A DNA stretch of 60,054 nt, filler included, from an uncultured delta proteobacterium (GTDB taxonomy: Bacteria; Desulfobacterota; Desulfobacteria; Desulfobacterales; SG8-13), in NCBI GenBank assembly GCA_963848135.1. It is 2 parts of 2 records of this genome, joined end to end, with 100 filler letters (N's around TTAATTAATTAA, not from the genome) between each part and the next. Parts side by side here need not be neighbours in the genome. Positions count along the whole stretch, not along the records: positions 29,441 to 60,054 come from CAWKCK010000014.1; 1 more part is not named here. One strand, given 5' to 3'. The position numbers were made by a program, and so were the translations under genes. The notes under the pieces are model-generated. The model ran no database searches. It saw only the letters and a list, made by a program, of their open reading frames with translations, and was not told where the DNA came from. Shown one piece after another: positions 53,623 through 60,054 of the stretch; position 1 is the first letter of the stretch, and every line of letters begins with the position of its first letter.

Positions 53623-53856
53623 ATGGATATCAAAGTACTGGGCCCTGGCTGTCCCAGATGCCAGCAAACAGAAAAAGTGGTCAAGGATGCGGTTTCCGAA
53701 GCTGGCGTCGCCGCTGATATCGAAAAGGTTACCGATGTGATGAAAATTGCCGACTACGGCGTGTTCGGCACCCCCGCGGTGGTAATCGACGGTGAGGTCA
53801 AATCGGTGGGCAAGATACCCAAAAAGGAAGAGGTTCTGGCCTGGCTGAAAAAGTAA
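53623..53856 (+). CDS. Small thioredoxin-like protein
   Basis: GPGCPRC. Confidence 0.88.
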   Translation: MDIKVLGPGCPRCQQTEKVVKDAVSEAGVAADIEKVTDVMKIADYGVFGTPAVVIDGEVKSVGKIPKKEEVLAWLKK

Positions 53857-53970
53857 AAATAGAAGTCTACTATATCATGGTGTAAAAAATATGGTTGGAA
53901 GTCCAATTGATTCAACCTTGAGGAGCCAATATCCCAAAGCACCATGCTGCGGCTGATCAGACAAAAGAGA

Positions 53971-54501
53971 ATGGACATGCTGCTGAAAGACTACCGCCTC
54001 GAGATTTTCAATAACGCATGCATGCCGGGAGCCATGACGGTACAGTGTATCGCTCATCTGGCACAGGATGTCAGCGTTGCATTGCCCTACCTCAACACCG
54101 TGCTGGGTGGATTTGAGTATGTCGAGCACCCACCCTCAGTAACCTTTAAAGTACACGGAAAATTAATTACTGTGCACGGCCGCAAGATCGCTGTTAACGC
54201 CCTGAAGGACGAAGACGAAACCCGTAAGATCATCGAATGGTTGAAGCGCGAGATCAACGGAGCCTGGGAAAACCGGGCCCGCATTTCTCCCAGCACAAAA
54301 GGGGCCCCACGGCCGAAAATCATCGAAATTCTCAAACGACTGCCCAAGACCAATTGCCGTGATTGTGGTGAGCCCACTTGCATGGTGTTCGCCACCCGCC
54401 TGGCGGAAGGGGCCAAGGGGGTCGACGCCTGCCCGCCGTTAGACATGATGCAACGCAGGCAGCTTGAAGATTATATCGGCCGTTTTGATCCGGCAGATTG
54501 A
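53971..54501 (+). CDS. Fe-S cluster domain protein
   Basis: LPKTNCRDCGEPTCMVFA...CPPL. Confidence 0.8.
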   Translation: MDMLLKDYRLEIFNNACMPGAMTVQCIAHLAQDVSVALPYLNTVLGGFEYVEHPPSVTFKVHGKLITVHGRKIAVNALKDEDETRKIIEWLKREINGAWENRARISPSTKGAPRPKIIEILKRLPKTNCRDCGEPTCMVFATRLAEGAKGVDACPPLDMMQRRQLEDYIGRFDPAD

Positions 54502-54611
54502 TTTTTGGAAGGATAAACAATGGATCATCGACAGGTTACCCCATATAGGTGGTTCCCGATTCGTCACGATGTCACCCGACGAACAGAATAAAAAGAGGAA
54601 TCAGTCCAGAT

Positions 54612-55322
54612 ATGTTCGACCAATTTTTACTCACGGTAAACCAGTGGATGACCGGCGGGCTGGCTTTAGCCGCCTTGGGTGCCTTTACTTGGGGCATGGT
54701 CAGCGTTCTATTTTCCCCTTGCCATCTGGCCTCCATCCCATTGATCGTGGCCTACGTGGGTGGCCAGGAATCCGCTGTCCACCCTCGGCGGGCCATTTGG
54801 TATGCCGGGGCTTTTACTCTGGGGCTGTTTATCACCATCGCCGTCATCGGCATTGTGTGTGCCATGTTGGGTCGCATGTTGGGCGATGTCGGCATCTGGT
54901 GGCAGGTCCTTGTCGGCGCAGTTCTGGTCTGGGTAGCCCTTGGCATGTTGGGTGTGCAGGCCTGTTCCATGTCCGGCACGATGCTCTACCGGTTGAAATT
55001 GCGGGGAATCCATGGCGCCTTCGGGTTGGGGCTGGCCTACGGTATCCTGTCCGGTTCTTGTACCTTTGGTTTTATCGCCCCGATTCTGGCCATCGTCACC
55101 GTGCAGCAGAAGGTCGTCGTCGGTTCGGTAATGATGATCCTCTTTGCACTGGGTCACTGCCTTCCGATCGTCGTGGCTGGCAGTTCTACGGCCATGGTGC
55201 GAAGGCTTACGGAAAGCAGCGCCTGGCAGGGGGCTGGAGTGTGGTTCCGGCGCAGCGCTGGTCTGGTCATCGCGCTATTGGGCGCTTATTACATCATCAG
55301 TCCGTTTTTCGGCGGCGCCTGA
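54612..55322 (+). CDS. ccdA: CcdA/DsbD-type membrane protein
   Basis: SPCH and GSCT motifs. Confidence 0.82.
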   Translation: MFDQFLLTVNQWMTGGLALAALGAFTWGMVSVLFSPCHLASIPLIVAYVGGQESAVHPRRAIWYAGAFTLGLFITIAVIGIVCAMLGRMLGDVGIWWQVLVGAVLVWVALGMLGVQACSMSGTMLYRLKLRGIHGAFGLGLAYGILSGSCTFGFIAPILAIVTVQQKVVVGSVMMILFALGHCLPIVVAGSSTAMVRRLTESSAWQGAGVWFRRSAGLVIALLGAYYIISPFFGGA

Positions 55323-55524
55323 ATCGCATCGGATGAAGACACGCAGCAGGTATTGGCCTTTGTCCGAACCGTTCTATCCAAAAAAGTTGATAACGCACTC
55401 TATCGTCACTGAGTGCCAGTTTTCGAGGTTTGTTACGACTCCGGCCCCAAAAAGGGCGGTGGTAGAAAATAAATTTCTCTAACTCAATAATGCTTCATAT
55501 AAAAAATATGGCAAGGAGGATCAT

Positions 55525-56316
55525 TTGATCCGATTATGTCGTGTGCTCGTGATGATCTGTGTATGCATTGCGTTTGTTAACGGCACTGTTTTTGCACAAA
55601 GTTTGAAAAATATTGTGATCATTTCTATTGACGCACTCCATCCTGAAGCGCTCCAGCGAGCCGAGAGTCCGAACCTTCAAACACTGATGCGTACCTGTGC
55701 TTATACGCTTGACGGCCACAGCACCAATCCTCCCAAAACGTTGATTGCGCATACGGCAATGTTTACTGGTTTGGCGCCAGAGGAAAGTGGCAAAATGGAC
55801 AACAGCTGGGTGCCTGGTGATGCGACAGTCAAGAGCCCGACCATTTTTAATGCCGCCCAAACTCTCGGTTATAAAACCGGATTTTTTTACTCCAAAGAGA
55901 AGCTGGGCTATCTTGTAAACAAAGTTATCGATATGCATGAATGGTCGCGGGACTATGCCATCGATTCTGCCGAAACCTTCATCAAAACACCCGGCCGCCA
56001 TTTCGTGTTTTTGCACATCAGCGGTCTGGATGAAGTGGGACCGAAGTTCGGCTGGCTGTCGCCGGAATACCTGGAGGAGTTGTCCTTTATCGATGAATAT
56101 ATATCCTCGCTGGTGAATTCAATCGAAATGCAAAAAGACTATCTGATTATCGTTACCAGCGACCATGCCGGGCATGCCAGGATTCACGGCAGCGACCACC
56201 CGGAAGATATCCGTTTGCCATTGATCATCTGCTCGGACACGGTTTCAGTCAGCAGATTTCAGAATATCCCATTTTCGGTGGTTGACCTTAAACAGATGCT
56301 TGAGAAACTACTTTAG
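55525..56316 (+). CDS. Exported alkaline phosphatase/phosphodiesterase superfamily protein
   Basis: Signal peptide; IISIDAL, PPKT...H...TG, IVTSDHAG, HG motifs. Confidence 0.8.
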   Translation: MIRLCRVLVMICVCIAFVNGTVFAQSLKNIVIISIDALHPEALQRAESPNLQTLMRTCAYTLDGHSTNPPKTLIAHTAMFTGLAPEESGKMDNSWVPGDATVKSPTIFNAAQTLGYKTGFFYSKEKLGYLVNKVIDMHEWSRDYAIDSAETFIKTPGRHFVFLHISGLDEVGPKFGWLSPEYLEELSFIDEYISSLVNSIEMQKDYLIIVTSDHAGHARIHGSDHPEDIRLPLIICSDTVSVSRFQNIPFSVVDLKQMLEKLL

Positions 56317-56470
56317 GGTGATTCTGACGCCGTCCTGTGCAGCAGACAGTCCCGTCCTGCTGCCTGAATGCGACAAACCTTTGAAAAAGAAAATCGGGGC
56401 CTTCACTGAGCGTCTGCTAAATGTCATCCAACAAACCGATAAGTCTGATTCACATGCTTAAGGAGGACTT

Positions 56471-57562
56471 ATGACCGACGCCACCATACGTAAGTTAAGT
56501 TTTCTGGACCGCTTTCTCACCCTGTGGATCTTTTTGGCCATGATTGTGGGTGTTGGGAGCGGTTATCTGTTTCCGGAAATCAAGAGTTTCATCAATCGTT
56601 TTTCCGTGGGCACCACCAACATTCCCATCGCCGTGGGCCTGATATTGATGATGTACCCGCCGCTGGCCAAGGTGAAGTATGAAAAACTGGGTTTCGTGTT
56701 CCGCGATGTCAAGGTGCTGGCCCTGTCCCTGGTACAAAACTGGATCATCGGCCCGATCCTGATGTTCCTTTTAGCTATCGCTTTTTTGTCTGGGCACCAG
56801 GAATACATGGTGGGATTGATACTGATCGGTCTGGCGCGCTGCATCGCCATGGTCATCGTCTGGAACGATTTGGCCAGCGGTGACCGGGAGTACTGTGCAG
56901 GCCTGGTGGCCTTTAACTCCATCTTCCAGGTACTCTTTTTTTCAGTTTATGCTTATATCTTTATAACTGTGCTGCCCCGTTGGATGGGCCTGGAAGGAAT
57001 GGAGGTGGACATCTCCATCGGCCAGATCGCCGAAAGCGTCTTTATCTATTTGGGAATTCCTTTCATCGGCGGTGTGCTTTCGCGGTTAATCGGCTTAAAA
57101 ACCGTGGGGGTCGAACGCTACGAGACCCAGTTCATTCCCAAGATCAGCCCCATTACCCTGATCGCCCTGCTCTTTACCATTCTGGTGATGTTTTCCCTAA
57201 AGGGTGAATATATCGTTCAGTTACCCTTAGATGTAGTGCGGGTGGCCATCCCGCTGTGCATCTATTTTGTCATCATGTTCTTCGTCTCCTTCTGGCTTTC
57301 CATGAAAGCCAGGGCCACGTACGAACAGGCCACCACGTTGTCCTTTACCGCTGCGTCCAACAACTTTGAACTGGCCATCGCCGTGGCCGTGGCCGTTTTT
57401 GGCCTGGATTCAGGCCAAGCATTTGCCGCTGTAATCGGCCCCCTTGTGGAGGTGCCGGTGCTCATCTCCCTGGTAAATACCGCCCTGTGGTTCAAGCGAA
57501 AATACTTCCCTTACGCATTGGAAACTCCAACCGGTGTGTGCCACATGACCTGCAAGCCATAG
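56471..57562 (+). CDS. acr3: Arsenite efflux pump
   Basis: [36 protein letters not shown]. Confidence 0.95.
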   Translation: MTDATIRKLSFLDRFLTLWIFLAMIVGVGSGYLFPEIKSFINRFSVGTTNIPIAVGLILMMYPPLAKVKYEKLGFVFRDVKVLALSLVQNWIIGPILMFLLAIAFLSGHQEYMVGLILIGLARCIAMVIVWNDLASGDREYCAGLVAFNSIFQVLFFSVYAYIFITVLPRWMGLEGMEVDISIGQIAESVFIYLGIPFIGGVLSRLIGLKTVGVERYETQFIPKISPITLIALLFTILVMFSLKGEYIVQLPLDVVRVAIPLCIYFVIMFFVSFWLSMKARATYEQATTLSFTAASNNFELAIAVAVAVFGLDSGQAFAAVIGPLVEVPVLISLVNTALWFKRKYFPYALETPTGVCHMTCKP

Positions 57563-57576
57563 AGGAAGGAAGAAGA

Positions 57577-57981
57577 ATGAAAAGAACGATCATGGTGTTC
57601 TTCGGCTGGATGATTCTCGCTTTCTGGACGGCGTCACCATCATTGGCCGGCGACTCAAAGAACACTGTCATACCAACGGTACCTACCCCGGGTGTTGCCA
57701 CCATGGTGGATCTTGGTGCGAACAAATGCATCCCCTGCAAGATGATGGCCCCCATTATCAGAGAACTTCAAAATGAGTATGCGGGCCGTGCCTCCATTAT
57801 CTTCATCGATGTCTGGAAGCACCGGGAACAGGCACAGCGTTTCAGTATCCGTGCGATTCCAACTCAAATATTTTATGATAAATCAGGCAGGGAGGTCCAA
57901 CGTCACGTGGGTTTCTTGGACAAAAAGAGTATTGTTGCCGCCTTCGAGAAACTCGGCGTGCCCAAAGAGACCGGGCAATGA
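57577..57981 (+). CDS. Exported thioredoxin
   Basis: Signal peptide, CIPC, IRAIPTQ. Confidence 0.85.
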   Translation: MKRTIMVFFGWMILAFWTASPSLAGDSKNTVIPTVPTPGVATMVDLGANKCIPCKMMAPIIRELQNEYAGRASIIFIDVWKHREQAQRFSIRAIPTQIFYDKSGREVQRHVGFLDKKSIVAAFEKLGVPKETGQ

Positions 57982-57999
57982 TCGACTACTTGTTTTCTA

Positions 58000-58123
58000 T
58001 CCATTTGTCTCCTTTATGTGGGGTTGGAAAATCGACGGCATAACACCGGACAGGTTTGACATTATCGGAGGGATTATTGCGTTGATAGGCGTAGCCGTAA
58101 TTTTGTACTGGCCGCGGGCGTGA
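58000..58123 (+). pseudogene. C-terminal fragment of YnfA (UPF0060) family protein
   Basis: WGWKIDGITPDRFDIIGGIIALIGVAVILYWPR. Confidence 0.7.
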
Positions 58124-58262
58124 GATTCAAAACAACACAGTCAAACTGACCTCTTTTATATACGTTTTTCATAAATTCGAGCCTTGGGTAATAATGATCT
58201 CTCCGATCAATGCATACCAATCAATACCTTGATGAGATCCTGGTGGCTTTACGAGTAAAAGG

Positions 58263-59657
58263 ATGGAAAGTTTCAATCCAGAAAATAAGATTCGCGAAGT
58301 GGTGGACGCATGCACGGACTGTGACGTCTGCCGGCACTTGATGGACGCCGACTGCCTTTTCTTCCCCGAACTCTATCGGCTCTGGGACCGGGAGCAAGAG
58401 ACCGGGGAATCGATTACTCCACAGGCCCTCAGGCAGCTGGTCGATCGGTGCAACTTCTGTGCACTGTGTCCCTGCCCGAACATCCGGGCGGATATCATCG
58501 CGGCCAAGACCCGATTTATCGATCGTGACGGGCTCAAATATGGTGTGCGCACCATCGAAGATGTGGAACGTATCGGCAGAACCTGCGGAACCTTCCCCGG
58601 TTTGTTCAATGCACTGCTCAGCCATAAATCGTCAAGCCATCTCGTGAAGACATTGATCGGGATTCATCCTGAACGAAGATTTCCTGAATTTCCCCGGGAA
58701 AATTTTTCCGCCTGGGCCGCCCGACACCGTCTAAATGTAAAGACCAACCCGGGAAGAAATAGAAAAGTCGCTTTTTTCGTCGGATGTACCGGCCGCTATC
58801 TATTTCCAGAGGTGCCGAAAGCAGCGGTGGCGGTTCTCGAAAAAAACGACGTCGACGTCTATGTCCCCAAGCAGAAATGTTGCGGTATGCCGACCCTGTT
58901 GGAAGGGGACCGAAAAGTAACCTTAAAGTTTGCGGAGACCAATTTAAATTTATTGAAAGAAGCCGTTGATGACGGCTATGACATCGTCTGCTCATGCCCC
59001 ACTTGCGGGTTCATGTTTAAGAAACTGTTGATTGAAGGCGCTTACTATTCGGCTGAATACCAGGAAACAGTCGGCGGCGACAGGAAAGTTCTGAAAATCC
59101 CTTCCGATGGAGACCGCGCTATCGACTCCGGAAATACCGGATTCGTTGCACTGCAAACGTCGATCTATGGCAAGATATTGAAAGATGACGGCTACTTTTC
59201 AGGATTCAGCGCCAGGGACCGTGTCCGTGTGGCCGAGCACACCTTCGACCTGGGTGAATATATGAAGTTATTGCATGAGAGCGGGGGCCTCGAACCCGCT
59301 CCGAATCGCGTCATCGGCCGGATGGTTTACTTTGCGCCTTGCCATGGAAGAGAGCAGAATATCGGCAGCCCATACATTGAGTTGCTGAACCTGATACCGG
59401 CTATCGATTTGGAAGCCATTGATGGGCAGCTTTACTGTTGCGGCATGGCTGGAATCATGGGGTTCAAGCAGGCGTTTCACGATTCGTCCATCCGCTTGGG
59501 ACAGCGCCTGATGGATCGGATTCGAGACATCGATCCGGATCGTATAGTAACAGAATGTCTGAGTTGCCGCTTGCAGTTCAACCAGTTGCTGCCGTATCCA
59601 GTGGCGCATCCGGTCGAAATCTTGAAAGAGGCCTATGCGGGGACGTCTCTCGGATAA
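58263..59657 (+). CDS. GlpC/HdrD-like Fe-S protein with two CCG domains
   Basis: CTDCDVC, CNFCALCPC, KCCG, YCCG, TECLSC. Confidence 0.8.
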   Translation: MESFNPENKIREVVDACTDCDVCRHLMDADCLFFPELYRLWDREQETGESITPQALRQLVDRCNFCALCPCPNIRADIIAAKTRFIDRDGLKYGVRTIEDVERIGRTCGTFPGLFNALLSHKSSSHLVKTLIGIHPERRFPEFPRENFSAWAARHRLNVKTNPGRNRKVAFFVGCTGRYLFPEVPKAAVAVLEKNDVDVYVPKQKCCGMPTLLEGDRKVTLKFAETNLNLLKEAVDDGYDIVCSCPTCGFMFKKLLIEGAYYSAEYQETVGGDRKVLKIPSDGDRAIDSGNTGFVALQTSIYGKILKDDGYFSGFSARDRVRVAEHTFDLGEYMKLLHESGGLEPAPNRVIGRMVYFAPCHGREQNIGSPYIELLNLIPAIDLEAIDGQLYCCGMAGIMGFKQAFHDSSIRLGQRLMDRIRDIDPDRIVTECLSCRLQFNQLLPYPVAHPVEILKEAYAGTSLG

Positions 59658-59694
59658 CGAAACATTTTTCAATTCTTAATCGGAAATCACAAAG

Positions 59695-59830
59695 TGTATC
59701 GATGTTTTTGCTGCTGTCCTGTACCATGCATGGAGGTGGCCGAGCTGAACCACATCGACCTCAGGCTATACCCCCCCGCTTTCAAGTCCTTGGGACTCGG
59801 TTCAAATAGCGGCTATGTATTGGTGTACGG
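59695..59830 (+). pseudogene. C-terminal remnant of CoA-disulfide reductase family gene
   Basis: MEVAELNHIDL/YTPP/SPWDSVQIAA across frameshifts. Confidence 0.6.
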
Positions 59831-59966
59831 CGCAATAAGCAACAGAAGGACTGTACATAATTGTATAGTCCTTTTAAACTCCGATGAAAATCTACTGAAT
59901 AAATCATTGGTCATATATCGTACCGCAAGAAAGCGACATCAAACCAAATATAATTGAGAGTAATAA

Positions 59967-60054
59967 ATGCTGAAATCCATTCCCCCCGGGCTAAGAAAGT
60001 GCTTCGAAGACCATCAGTTATGGATAGAGACAATCGGTGAAAACGGGCAGCGTG
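59967..60054 (+). CDS. Partial ORF, possibly the N-terminus of a pentapeptide-repeat protein
   Basis: MLKSIPPGLRKCFEDHQLWIETIGENGQR; truncated by the window edge. Confidence 0.3.
   Translation, partial: MLKSIPPGLRKCFEDHQLWIETIGENGQR

Noticed and set aside
1..60054. tRNA, rRNA, integrase or att sites bounding the islands; selenocysteine read-through
   Set aside because: None recognised; no in-frame TGA seen at a conserved Cys position.

Overview
The window holds two co-linear, diverged copies of a ~28 kb arsenic island (copy 1 ~1480-29170, copy 2 ~30158-59830). They are separated by an artificial N-linker containing TTAATTAATTAA (29341-29440), so their adjacency is not established. Each copy has a leftward arm: arrX-like binding lipoprotein, membrane-anchored sigma54 activator, orphan receiver protein, respiratory arsenate reductase arrABC plus TorD chaperone, FmdE, molybdenum-cofactor genes, HdrC-like protein, flavoprotein and DUF599. 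A divergent rightward ars arm carries arsR, arsP, two thioredoxin-folds, an Fe-S protein, ccdA, acr3, an exported thioredoxin and a GlpC/HdrD-like protein. Copy 2 is largely intact and adds moaA and an alkaline-phosphatase-family gene. Copy 1 has many frameshifts, a moaA deletion and a flanking IS481-like element. The most notable feature is the regulator. Instead of the usual histidine kinase/response regulator pair, one protein fuses a periplasmic sensor, HAMP, a Cys-rich GAF-like region and a sigma54 AAA+/HTH module, and a matching -24/-12 promoter lies upstream of the arr operon. Gene content and palindromic repeats suggest an anaerobic Desulfobacterota-like host (inference). All family calls come from motif recognition by eye; no database searches were run.
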